A DNA stretch of 64,000 nucleotides from NCBI GenBank assembly GCA_965644295.1, contig CBFFRP010000159.1:61676-125675 (forward strand), in the 5' to 3' direction. A program made the position numbers and the translations under genes. Positions 40,049 through 52,936 of this stretch are shown piece by piece; the first letter of the stretch is position 1, and each line of letters opens with the position of its first letter. Source of the stretch: Paraphysomonas bandaiensis (Eukaryota; Protista; Chrysophyceae). The notes under the pieces are model-generated. The model searched no databases. It was not told where the DNA came from and saw only the letters and a list, made by a program, of their open reading frames with translations.

Positions 40049-41269
40049 ATGACACCACGTGCGATTAAACGAACCAGCACCCTTCTAGCGTCCCTCTTAT
40101 ACCTCTCCCCCTACAGTGTCAACAGCATACACTCAGAAGCAGAGCCATCACCTCTGGTCTCTAAGTATGTCATAGTTAAGTACGGGGGATCGGCTATTAC
40201 TCATAAGGGGAAACTCGAAACTGTTCATGAAGATAATCTTGATTCCACTGCGTGTCAAGTACAAAGCGTTCTCCAGCAGCATGATTCTCCTCATATCGCA
40301 ATAGTTCACGGAGCGGGTAATACATACATATGTGTGATACGTAAATATGTATATGCTCATAATCTGTATACATATATATACGTATATTCTATGTTCTGTT
40401 TTGTGGTGATTGTAGTTTCATTACTTGTAGGGTCATTTGGACACTTTCAAGCCCACAAGTATGGGTTGAAATCTGGTGGAGGAGGAGACTGGGTGGAAGG
40501 GCTGTGCATGACCCGACAGAGTGTGTTGAAACTCAACACACTGGTGACTGACTCGCACATCCGAAAGGGTGTTCCTGCTGTAAGCGTATCATTATTTCCT
40601 ACTGCAATATGCAATGATGGAGCATTGATAGCTCCTGGCTCAATGGCTATGGTGAAGTCATTATTATCCTTAGGGATAATCCCTGTACTACATGGCGATG
40701 TATTGCTGGATACACGGCAGAAATGTTTGATATATAGCGGAGACAGGATCCTACATTGGTAATGTATACTGCAGATCCGTACCTTCCAGCTATAATTTAT
40801 CTATGTATAAACGTAGGGTGATTAAAGAACTTGCTAATGGCAATCCTACTGCCAGCAACGTCCGAGCAGTGTTTCTCACAGACGTGGCAGGAGTATATGA
40901 TCGACCACCGGGTGTCCAAAATGACGAAACCGGAATGCCCAATGAAATGCCCTCTCTAATAAAAGAAATTTTCGTCACCAATAGTGGCAAGGTTGATATC
41001 GTGCATTATATAGAAGTATTTATGTGTAACGAAAGGTCTATACTGTGCAGATATTAAGCGCAGTTGACACATCTTCACACATGCATGAACACGACGTGAC
41101 GGGTGGCATGGGGGCTAAGATTCGATGTGCTGCTGACATTGCTAGAGATACCGGGTCAGAGGTGTTTATAGTACAAGCTGGAACTGATCACGCACTGGTC
41201 GCTCTTTCGGGACGTGCGTGTGACAGCTCCAAAGGGTTCGTTGGAACCAAAGTTTCACGATTGTATTGA
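40049..41269 (+). CDS. IPK: Isopentenyl phosphate kinase (amino-acid kinase family), 4 exons
   Basis: IVKYGGSAITHK, IVHGAG|SFGHFQA (IPK signature His), PVLHGDV, YSGD, FLTDVAGVY, DVTGGMGAKI. Confidence 0.85.
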
Positions 41270-41962
41270 AATCTGTGTAGGTGTGTAAATATAAGCAATA
41301 ATTATGTATATTTTTGAAAGGTACTACTACTGTGTACAAGAAACACGAAGGGTAGTTACTAGTTAGACACAATTATATTGCATTAGACTACATTATCTAG
41401 CAAAGCAACAGAAAACTCCTTGTATATCTTATATACTTATATACATTATACAAATCCTTCGACGAATAATGGTACATTCTGGTGTCCACAACACTCTCTC
41501 CTGTATAGTGCTGTGTATAGCTGTAATATATTCAAACAAACCCATCACTCCTTAGCAGCCAGGGATGCTTGCACGTACTCTATCATTGCTGGATTGTTGG
41601 CCGTTGTTGTATTTAAATTGCTACACAATGAAGCTGCCTACGATTAAAATATATGTTCAATAATGGGCCTGTCATGCACATGAGCCATTCGTCGTTCGTC
41701 GTAGTGCGTGTGTTATGAAAGTATTAACAACTTTTTGGTTGTGTCTATGAAGCCAATGTTGAAACAAACTATAAAGTTCAGCCCTGTTGGGTGTTGTGCG
41801 ATATATGCGATATTGAGAAATTAAGAATTGTATTCTAAGGTTTTTACTTTCAACCGTCACTTGCATAATACAGTAGTCAGATACAGTTTTATTCCCATTT
41901 TCTCTCAAAATAAGTGTTTCTTGACCTGAATTTGGTCCAACGAATGCTCATAATACTAGCAC

Positions 41963-42354
41963 TAGGCGTTTAACATAATATATATGTAATATGTAACGTA
42001 TATATATCTTATGCACACTTAGTCAGCAAATATTCTTCTGCCTACTCATAACCGAATGCTTGTGTGGTACAAGGGACACTAAAAAGTAAAAGTGTCTCTC
42101 GTGTAATTATGGGCCCACCTCAAGGGCATCCGGGGTATGGGGCTGCAGATTAAAGTCAAGCATCCGGGCTACTAAGTTCACCTTAACGACAAAGAAGAGC
42201 GAAAGTGGTTGCACCTTGGTGCTTTCGGTGACTTACAAGCTGCTTTCAAATAGTAGGATATCAGAGTTAAGCACTGGTTAATAAAATTGTTTGGCTGCAA
42301 TAGTTCTGACTCTACACGCCTATTGATAATAATCAGACATTCACTACATACTAG
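41963..42354 (+). mobile_element. 392-bp non-coding retro-copy with LINE 3' end and 10-bp TSD
   Basis: TSD ATACTAGCAC at 41953-41962 and 42355-42364. Ends in AATAATCAGACATTCACTAC, like the LINE at 49310-49330. Confidence 0.8.
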
Positions 42355-42884
42355 ATACTAGCACCATTAAAACAGGGAATATACAGCCTTTCAACAACGT
42401 CAATATTCGGTTCGAACAGAAGCTACCTCTTATCATAATTACGATATTCGATATTGGCAGTCATTTATATTGTTATCCAAATACACAATTTATTCAACTT
42501 TCATAAAAGTCGAGGTAATACCAAAACCTGGTAAAGCAATTTCACCAGGTTTCATATATAAATATTGAGTTATTATTTTACTGTAATTTGTATCTGAGAG
42601 GTTAAAGATAAAGAAAAAGTCGCAAGTATAGTTGTTATTAGCAGTATTTATTGCGTTAAAAGTTGGCCCTGCTATTATTACTTGTGTTTTGTAATATCAT
42701 ATTCTCATATATAGCTACATCTGCTTCGCTTGAGACTGCAAACGCTCCAACCGAATAGCCTGATTTTGGATACATTGCATACGCATATAGCTATCTTTAC
42801 CACTACTACTTACAGTAGTATTAGTACCTATGCTCGGAAACGACGCGGCAACAGCCGCTGGGGGCACATTGCTAGTAGGTGGAG

Positions 42885-45800
42885 AGCTAGGGAGAGCGTC
42901 CCGTGGTATCTGTACTGCTGACCCCTACAAGCTCCTATGCAACATCCTTACGAAATGGGTCACTAAAGCCAGAGCCAAGGACCATACTGTCATTGTCGCC
43001 GGCGACTTCAATGGCTCCATGGAGACAAATCCTAAAGGCAGAGACATACGACCACTTGCCGACAAACTCCAACTGGCTGCACCACTCCATGAGCTTCTCC
43101 TACCCAGGAAAACATATCATACCTTCCACAGATTAGACAAAGGAATATCGCGGATCGATCATATTCTACACACGCCGTTACCTCCGAACATGTCTGTTAC
43201 GGACACTGGCTGCCTTGACTCCCCCTCATTACTCGCAGCAGCCTTCGATCATCGACCGGTCTGGGTCGGTTTCACCGTACCAGTCAATCTTGACCCTCGA
43301 CCACCGGAGTCGCACCTCCGAATCCCCCCCCGTCTCAATGTAAACCCGAAGGACTCCAAGGAAGTACAGGCATACACCGCAAGACTCCTCCAACTTCATG
43401 CACAACTACCACATTTAGACAACGGATCGACTGCCATACTCCCTCCTGAGGTGGCAGCCAACAGACTAGCGGCCATCCATCACATAACCCTCCAGGCTTC
43501 GCTTGAGGCGAAGCGTCCTGCATGTACACATAGCACACGCCTACACGAACGTTGTCAGCGCACACGCTCAAAGTTCAAGAATGGCTTTTCCCCGGAAATG
43601 AGAGTAATACAGGAAGGAATGCTCATGGTTTTGCGGATTATCCAAAAGATGTTCAATTCTGCTGGATACAAACGGCATGGATGGCGCGGCCCCCCGGCAA
43701 CCACCCCCACCCACGAAATCATCACTGCATGGTTCGCCCGATGGGACTCCTATCTCAGGAGTTCTCAGGGTCACATCAAAGGCATATCGGACATCAACTT
43801 CTGGTGCAGCCACCGCAACGCGGACCCACGAGTAATCCTGGGTTGGAACGCAAAGCAAGCCACCAAGAAAAACCTTCTCCGAATTGCCTTGCGACTGAGA
43901 GGACTTCTTCATGGAAGAGCCAGGACAGAAATGCGGACTAGACTCACGGCTCGCACCAAGCAGATGGAGGCACTGCTACAGCAGAAAAGACTTCAAGCAA
44001 TTCTTCAGAAAATTGGTCTCAAGGTCAAAACACCACTCCGACTTACCACGGTGAAAACAACGGACGGACACATCCTCACAACGCCGCAAGACATTCATGA
44101 AGGCATTAATGCGCACTTCCGTGAGCATCATGCCAAACCTCCTGGACTTGACCCTGTAGCACAACAGCTCCAGGATGACCCTACATGGTGGAAATCACTT
44201 CTTGATCCGGGCTCAGCGACATGCCAGGAACCACTCCACCCCCGCTCGAAAATTCCTCTTCCCCTGCAACTGGGGTTACGACGGGCCCTTTGTACCAAGA
44301 CCACTCCGGCCATGGCAGCCACACTCAAATCTACTCTTGCAAAAGACATCACCCAGGATGAATTCTACTGCACACTTCACTCTCTCTCCTTCAACCGCGC
44401 GCCTGGACCCTCAATGGTCTCCTCCAACATGGTCAAATCCTGGCCACCGGTAGTTCAGCGAGAGGCTTACATCCTCACCAGATCTCTCTGGAAACATAAA
44501 CATGTGCCCATTTGGTGGAGAGACAGGGTAATGTCTCCCATTCTCAAGAAACCAGGAGAATCCTCCCTCACTAATCTCCGACCGATTGGTCTGCTTGAAG
44601 TCAGTAGGAAAATATTAACAAGGATAATCACTCATAGAATTCTTACCGTATGGGAGGAACAGAAAGTTTTGCATCCGTCCCAGCATGGTTATCGCTGGAG
44701 GAACGGGACGGACACAGCGATACTACGGGTACTCGCGGCTGCAGAAGAAGCAAGACGAAAAGGCGACCAGCATATATGTACACTCTGGGACTTCAAGAAG
44801 GCCTTCGACTCAATTGCGCCTAACCTCATGCGTCTCGCGTGGGCACGACTGGGCGTTCCGGACGATGTAGTTGACTGGTTTGGCAACTTAGATGCCGGCG
44901 GTCTAACATTTCCCTGGACACCATTCATGGCAAACAACATAGAGCCACGTTCTCTCCTTGACCTCCTGTCCGCAGACGGCCACTTCATTGCACTATTCAG
45001 TCTGGGTTTCGAAGCCGAAAGGGGTATCACCCAAGGGGGCACAGAATCCACATGCGCCTGGGTGGCACTCTACGACATCCTTCTCACGTGGCTGGACATT
45101 GAACTGTCAACAACGAGTCCAACGTTACCAACTATTCAACTCACGACTCCGACTACAGGCGAAATAAAGATCTCCTTCGCGGATGATCTTAACACAATAG
45201 CTAAATCCATACACGCTGCCCAACTCATTGCCCAACAAATATCTGCGTTCTGCGTACTTTCGGGAATGGAACTCTCTATCCCCAAAGTAGTTTGCACAGT
45301 GTTTCCGATCCTACAGGATTCCAACAAGTCCTCCGACCCCATTGGCTACAACATTCTCTACGACTGGTCATGGCGCCCACACCCAGTCCCTATCCAAACA
45401 TCACTAGAGTCGATACATTACCTCGGAGCAGACCTTTGCAATGGAACTCAGGTTGGGACCTGAGAGCCAAACTCTAAATAAGCTAAAACTCGCTTTAACA
45501 GAGAGAATGCTGCTTATTATTAACCTATACTACTTCTGCAGTACTAAATGCTTCTCGGCACCCCAAGAAACTAAAGCACAACTCACCAGCTATGCAGTTC
45601 AGTACTAAACAGAAAAGTGACGAGCTACAACAACCAACAAAGAGAGAACAAGCTTAACTAAAAAGAATGACGATGCGCTTGAGCGTTGACAGCCACACAG
45701 TGACTAAATCCAAATTTTCTGCGAAGGAGTGACGATATTTATGAATGTTCTTGGAGAATTCTTCTTCTTCATACTCTACACATTAATGTATGAACTCTGC

Positions 45801-48800
45801 CGTATACACTCTCAACTGCTGCTCATCTAAACGATAATGGGCACTCGACCAATCAGAATTGAGAATAGGGAAAGCATTGGTTCAGTATTCGCTTCCTGTA
45901 TTTATACAGTGTAGGGTACAGTATACTGATACTGTATACCTACGAGTGATATAGACGCATACATACGATAGAGGAATACTGCAAATACATCATATACAGT
46001 GTATACGGTATACAGTGCGGTTGCTGAGAGGAGATGCAGCATGCTCCTAACTGCCATCTTAATGTGATTGCAGCACACATACCGAACATACTTATAAGCG
46101 AGCAGATTATCGTGAAAATTGAACAATATGTCCAGAGATGCATTACCGTTGTACTCGCTAACGACCACTGCTTCTTCAATTGCCGATATAGAGTACGAGG
46201 CGATATAGTATATTGACTGTGCAGCATCAGTACGAGGGTCCACACAGTGTGATGATCGAATGGAAGGTACCGTAAAATCATGTAATCAGTACGTACAGTC
46301 ATGACAGGTGATATACAGGTCCTTCTTCCAGACAGAGGCGGTCTATGGCAACCCTCAGCCACCAGTAATTGGAAATGGATATATGAACCACACAGAGGCA
46401 TATAATAACGGTAAAGAAGCCGCAGACACATCCACTGATTGCAGGAAAAGCACGTGTACACTGTTTACGTACTATAGGTGATTGTAGAAGCTACATATGT
46501 GCATTTACAGGCCACTGGTTTAATATAGAGCCATGTACACATATATACCATATATTAGGGTAAGGATACAACATATATATATATTCTGTAGAAGGGTCAC
46601 AACCTATACATATATGTGTGGGTGAAAGAGAGAAACTAGGTTAGTATGTACGCATATATATGTATACATCCAAACTGTAATAATAATAACTCTTCAAAAG
46701 AATTATATATCACAGCCCAGCATATAAAATAGAAGATAGTGCTGATGATTATAAACCTGCTTTAAACCTGCACAGGTTTACACCTTCCTCTCACAATCAC
46801 AGACAAGGCCTCCCATGACTGGTGTCTAAAATACCTGAAAGTCGTGACCACACACCTAGGGATCAAACAGGCCTCAGCCGGCTGTAAAGTCATGGTTATC
46901 GAGACCCAAATCATACCGACTTTGCTCTATAGAGCCACCAAAGCTTCATGGCCGCTACACTGGTACAGAGAAATTGACGCTGCTTGCGCAACCCTCTACA
47001 GAAAGGCCCTCAGTCTAGGCCCTGGATACCCCACGGAACTGATCTACCTCTCACTCAAGCACAACGGATTAGGTATGAAACGTTTCTCAGACTCAGCGCA
47101 GGAGCAAAAATGGGGATCTCTACAGCGCGCAATAACCCTCGGGGGAGAAGCAGGTCAAGCAGCACATTTTCTACTCACTCAGACAACAGAGCCACAGCCC
47201 CAATACCACCACTATGTTCTCAGCCTCAGGGAATGGGGAACGGAATTGGGCCTTACCCTTCAGGAACCTGAGCCCCCCGAACCACAGGATGAACACATGC
47301 TGACCAACCTAAAACAAGAACTCGGCCTTAATAGTGTCCAACCAGATACTTTCAAGGCTATCTTCACAGATGGATCATACACAGCCAGTGCGCTCTCCAC
47401 TCGTCGCCTCACTCATGTCAATCCGCGAACCCGATGGACACACCGAGGAGGTGCAGCGGTCGTCTACTTACCCCCAGAAAATGCCTGGGAAGATGGTACA
47501 ACCACAATACTACGACTAGATACACCCTTTCGTGACGTGCCCGGTTTGGACTCATACGCATATGAACTCATAGGCACAGCCATGGGGCTTATACTCTCAA
47601 CACGTATTCCCGAACACATAAGAAGCCACACAGACTGTCAGGCAGTGTGCACCCGCACTGAGGAAGCACTCTCCACAAGACGCAGAGCTCTCGGTCACCG
47701 TGCAAAAGGGGTACTACTCGAAAGCATCGCAGCCAGCAGAGATTGCAAACGACAGGTGACCTGGGTGAGGTCTCATCCCGAACGACGTACCACAGATGAA
47801 ACGGAGTGGACGTTTGAGGACAAGGGCATCTATATTGCGGACGCAGTTGCGGGTGAAGACTGGCATGAAGTCGATCGCATCCTTGGAAAAAATAACTACA
47901 CTGTCTGCACAATTGCGATTGACAGTGCCATCGAACGCTTACTAACTGCTGGATTATGGCACTGGCGTATGCACAGTACAAGACGGCCATACTACTCTAG
48001 CCCACTCCTTACTAATTTCCAGGATCTCTGCGACCTAAGGACACTTGAGAACTACACTTCAACCAGAGATCAACGCTACGGACACAATCCTGATCGAGCG
48101 CCTGGCTACTGGACCAATAGCGGAGTACACCTCCCGCGCAAACTAGCTCAAGCGGATGGCAGTGCATCCAAAGACAAACTCAGCTCAAATCTACGCCAAA
48201 GAATACTCAACACGGCACTGACATGGGACAAATCTTTCTGCATAGGGAGGAACCGGGCCAAAACCAAACAGGGGCTTGACCTGACCAAAGCCGCATGCTC
48301 TGACTGCGGGTTTCGACTAGATTCCCTAAAACATATGTGCCTCGACTGCACACATGAATCCATCACCCAAATAAGGGAAACTGCATTTCAATCGCATAAA
48401 AATGTGCTCCACGAAATACAGAGAACTCAGACCTTACCCAACTGGATCACATCTGCACTACGGAGACTCTCCAGCAGAGCCTGGAATCCCTCCATCCCAC
48501 AGGTCGAGAGATACTGGACTGGAACCATCACAGCAGCCCAACTGGAAACGGTCTTCGAAGATGCCATACACAACCACCTGACGGCACACAGTCTACGGAA
48601 CCTAGAAACAGCGGTTATTAATCTCCTGCAACCGCTTTACACTGCAGCGAAGCTTATGCTACAGGATCGCGGTTGTCGCTATATCACCATGTCCAAAAGG
48701 CCGCCCAGGCTACTCCCGAGACCCCGTCCGAAACGCAGTCAGTCAAGACAACGTCCGAGAGTCCTTCGACTACTAGGGGTCCAACGAAGACCCCCCACAG

Positions 48801-49329
48801 CGTCCCCGACTCCAGACACACGTGCACACCTCACAGATCCTACCCGACAGAGCACTGGACTGCCCAGACCTCCACAACGCCGACGGCTTCGACAACTCTA
48901 TCTACACCCGCGGCCCCACAGGAGCACAGTAACACAGACTACAAACCCAACTCCTCCTCCCAACAATCCCCACCACTCTCAACCCACACACCTGGAACTA
49001 GGTGCACTCAGGACCCTAATCCAGAACGCTGAGCCCCCTCCAACACCAATGGAGACCCATCCCAAAGGGAGACCCCCAGATCAATAGCGCCGGTGAGTCC
49101 ACGGACACACGACAAAGGCGAATTTCATATCACACAAAAAGAACGGAAGTGGTTGCACCTTGGTGCTTGCGGCGACGCACAAGCAGCTTTCGTAGCGTTA
49201 AATAGTAGGATAAAAGAGTTTGTATTGATTAGTTACGGGTAGTGGTCTAACTAGTATGACTAGCATTCTTCTAGCCACTAATTGCTGCAAGGTCTCAACG
49301 CCTATTGCTAAATAATCAGACATTCACTA
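42885..49329 (+). mobile_element. 5'-truncated non-LTR retrotransposon (APE-RT-RNase H-CCHC), 13-bp TSD, split by an insertion
   Basis: APE AGDFN/SRIDHI/FDHRPV; RT NLRPIGL, DFKKAFDS, GITQG, FADD, YLG; RNase H IFTDGS..AYEL..HTDC..VRSH..IAD; Zn knuckle CSDC..H...C. TSD CTAGTAGGTGGAG at 42872-84 and 49330-42; empty site at 61980-92. Confidence 0.95.
45437..46782. mobile_element. Solo-LTR-like insertion (TG...CA, 1346 bp, CCTT TSD)
   Basis: CCTT at 45433-36 and 46783-86; termini TGCAA.../...TTACA. Removing it restores the LINE frame YLGADL|PLTITDKA. Confidence 0.75.
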
Positions 49330-50232
49330 CTAGTAGGTGGAGGATCATAAGCAGGTGAAGGATCATAAGCAGTTAGTACAGTGTATAGTAACAACGCACA
49401 ACAATAATCAGAACAATACCGCATATATACGACATACGACCCCGTCAGTATAGTGGTGTTTAGTGAGATGGTAAAGTGGTGTACAGTGAGATGGTTATAG
49501 TTCATACTTGTGAACTGTATGTAATATATATGTGTAGTCGGTGACTTTTATTGCTGTAAAACTGAAGTAATATGGAAGAAATTAGTAAAAAATATTATAA
49601 ATAATACTTTTCATACTGTTATTATCTTCATAGTTACTTATTGTGCATAGTTATACCCTTTTCCAACCATCATCAAAAATTTCACCAGGTTTTACATCAA
49701 AAGCCAGGTTTTGGTATTACCTCGACTTTAAGCAGATCCTCAACACTCCAAGAAGTTATACGATACAGAAGTTTATATCATTGTCTAGTAAGTGATGCTG
49801 ATTATAATTTTACTAATTGATTATTGAGTGAGTTCAACGTTCAATTATTTAAGTTTAACCATCATAATGTTGAATACTTATAAGCTCTACACACCGTTAT
49901 TACGCCAGCCAATTTCGGGCTCAGGTACATTGATATATCTGAGTTACTAGTAGTGGAACCCACACCGAATATAAAGTAATTTACTCCCACAAATAAATTA
50001 CTGGATGTAACAGTCGCTTGTAAACGCATGCTTCGATGCCACACAATCCTTTTATTAGTACACTTACAACAATAAACATAATTTACGACAATATCTTTGG
50101 ATTCATACCTTTAAGGTTATAAGGTAAAAATCCAATAAAAAAAATCATACAAAAAATGATGTGCCAATTTTTTTGTGAAAAAGTTGGACACTAGAATATA
50201 GATAAGTTTCTAGAAATTATAAATACGAAGTG

Positions 50233-52739
50233 TTATATCTTTTCAGTGTCGGAATCATTGCCCTTGAATGGTGAGACACTCGAATAACTCACTGATGGAT
50301 TGGCCACTGCAAAATATAGTTAAGCATGTAATCAGCGAAGACTAGAATAGTACCTATAGTTGCTAGTATTTTCTCTACTCTGTCGAGAGTACAAGGCTTC
50401 ACAACCACGTCATTGGCACCTGAAGTCATGAATCCAGATATATCTTCCGGTGTAGCATTTCCAGTCAGAAAAACAATCATTCCCTGGTATCCCATTTCGC
50501 GTATCAGTAATGTAGCTTTCGTACCACACATCTCAGGCATTGTGGAGTCCATAAATATCAAATCAAAAGGTGATCCACCTTCCATAGCCTTCTGTACACT
50601 AGCAACAGCCTCCACGCCGTTCTCGGCCTGTGTTACATGCCCAACTTTCGGCTCGATAAGACGACTCATCATTTTTCGGTTTACCGCTGAATCATCAACA
50701 ATAAGTACTTTGATACTGCGCACAATAGCGGAATCAGCTCTGGCAAAGATGCGAGCCGACACACTTGACTGACACTCAAAATTGTGAATGGACCTACACC
50801 GAATGTCCTTGGTATTTTCATTCATCGTGGCGACGTCTAGCTCTACGAAAAACATTGACCCTTTGCCTGGCTCCGACGTCACACCTATACGACCTCCATG
50901 AAGATCCACAATCTTCTTAGATACTGCATCACACAACAATTACATAGAACACGAGAATCATGCGAACTTACTCCACAATCCTATACCAGACCCACCACCG
51001 TTCTGAAGCTGCGCGGCATTAAACTGGACAATTTCTCCGAAGAGCTTTCGTTGGTTATCCTAATATAATCGTCAGTTTTAGATGTCAATAAACATTGCAT
51101 TGCAGTCTACCGGTGATATGCCCACTCCAGTATCATGTACTTCAATCCGCAGTACACTGCAGTCTACATCGTGTATTTTTGGTGTACTCATAGTTGGCCA
51201 CAGATCTACCCCTAGTTTACTTCTATTCAGAGCGACTTTGCTTCCACTGAAGGCTGTTAGTAAAGGGTGCATACTTTGGGAAACCGAAAGCGATAAAGAA
51301 TGGCCCGTGGGCGATACACTAGCTGAGAACTTCGACGTAAGATACGCGTACACATCTACTTTTCCATCCTTTGGGGTGAACTTCAGAGCATTCGAGATAA
51401 GGTTTCGCAGTACTTGGCTAATTTTTCGACAGTCCACTTACACTTTTACCTTATCAGTCACCATTGCTGGATCTACATGAGTATCTCCACTGTGAGTGAA
51501 AATAATACCTTTCTGTCGAGCCTGTTCAGACTAAGTATAGTAATGTCAAAGTAACTTCAATCTCCATACCTGCACTCCAAAAGGGTCGGCGACACTTCTA
51601 ATTAAATCACTAGCAGAAACCAATTCCTTCTCCAATGTGACGTTTCCAGCCTCAAGTTTATTAGCAAGCAAAAACTCATTCAGAATCTCTATAGCTACTT
51701 TGCAAGAGACAGATACGTCGCTTAAAATGCTTCTCACATCTACCACATTCTGGATACCTTCCTTGCATTCCTTGGAGAGCAGTTGTATACCCATGTACAC
51801 GGCGTTGAGAGGAGTCCGGATCTCGTGAGACATATAGCTCACATAGTCTCTCTTGGATTCAATGATATGCTATATACCAATTAGTTCATTATTAGACACA
51901 TCACTTAAACCAATGACAATATGTATCACCTCAGCTATAGCTTTCTCTTGTCTCGCCTGTCTACCTGGAATAGTGGTTGCCACAATGCAAACAAACATAT
52001 CAATAAATCCAGCATATGCCATATCACTTGTAAGTGAAAGCACAAGAAGTTTAAGAAAAATATTTATAGAAAAAAGAGCTGGATATAGCGCTGCGTAAGT
52101 TGCAGCTTGGAACGAGCAATTTATGGTGTTGTGCCATCGAATAGCGGCCATCACGCCAGTAACTATCGCCGAGGTAATAGACATCACTCGACCAAACATA
52201 TTCCACCAATTGGAAACAAGATCAGGTCTAAATGTACTCCATAGAAGTGTATGAAGTGAAAAAAATGTCATTAGTAACGCACAAGCAACAGAAAAAATAG
52301 TTTTCCAAGAGCGATTGTCATCTAGAACGTATCTCAAGAGACAACCCCTGAGCATTATCTCACGTGCAACCAAGCCGCTAAATGCCAGAGGAAGTACATT
52401 GGATTCTTCCAAACAAGAATATCCAATATAAGTCACAACGCCTGGAAGGGTTAGTGATATAACTATTAACCATCTTGGAATAGTTGCTCTCAGTGGCAGT
52501 TGAAAATCTAACACAGCATCTAAAGTTATGGGCAGGGCAATAGAGAATGTAGCTATGGTTGTTGTGTTAAATATCTGCCAGTTTTGTAGAGATAATGATT
52601 CAAATAATTGAGCCCCATCAAACCCTGTATTTAAATATACGGGAATGAATGAACATGTAGAGGCCAGCAGAGTCATTGTAACACACACGTCACAGGCATA
52701 AGTGCGGAGTAGTGTCCGTTGATCTGACATGGTTTTCAT
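50233..52739 (-). CDS. Membrane-bound hybrid histidine kinase (TM region, HisKA, HATPase, receiver), multi-exon
   Basis: Multi-TM N-terminus; H-box MSHEIRTPLN; N-box LRNLISNALKFT; G1 DTGVGI; G2 GGGSGIGLW; receiver IVDD..IFMD..LTG..VKP. Confidence 0.92.
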
Positions 52740-52936
52740 AGCAGCTTTATTAAATGAAGATATTACGGGAATCGTTTGTACGTGTAATACATACATCCAT
52801 ATATATATGGTCAAGGAGGGAGTTAAAGTGTCCCTTCTTATCGAGATATGTGGATACGAATGAAAAGGGATACAAACGAACTGAGAAGGGATACAGACAC
52901 ATGTTGGGATGTGTGAGATGTGTGAGGCCACTAATT

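Larger units (their letters stand above)
42507..49728. mobile_element. Non-autonomous TIR DNA transposon (~760 bp without inserts), 25-bp TIR, TAA TSD (PIF/Harbinger-like)
   Basis: TIR AAGTCGAGGTAATACCAAAACCTGG at 42507 and its reverse complement ending at 49728. TAA at 42504-06 and 49729-31. Second copy starts at 61617. Confidence 0.88.

Noticed and set aside
45464-46843. Intron or frameshift joining the two LINE ORFs
   Set aside because: The gap is explained exactly by an insertion with a CCTT duplication, and its ends are TG/CA, not GT/AG.
50161-50194. Helitron 3' end (hairpin plus CTAG)
   Set aside because: The hairpin abuts CTAG with no spacer, the next base is A not T, and no TC 5' end was identified. 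A TIR end fits better.
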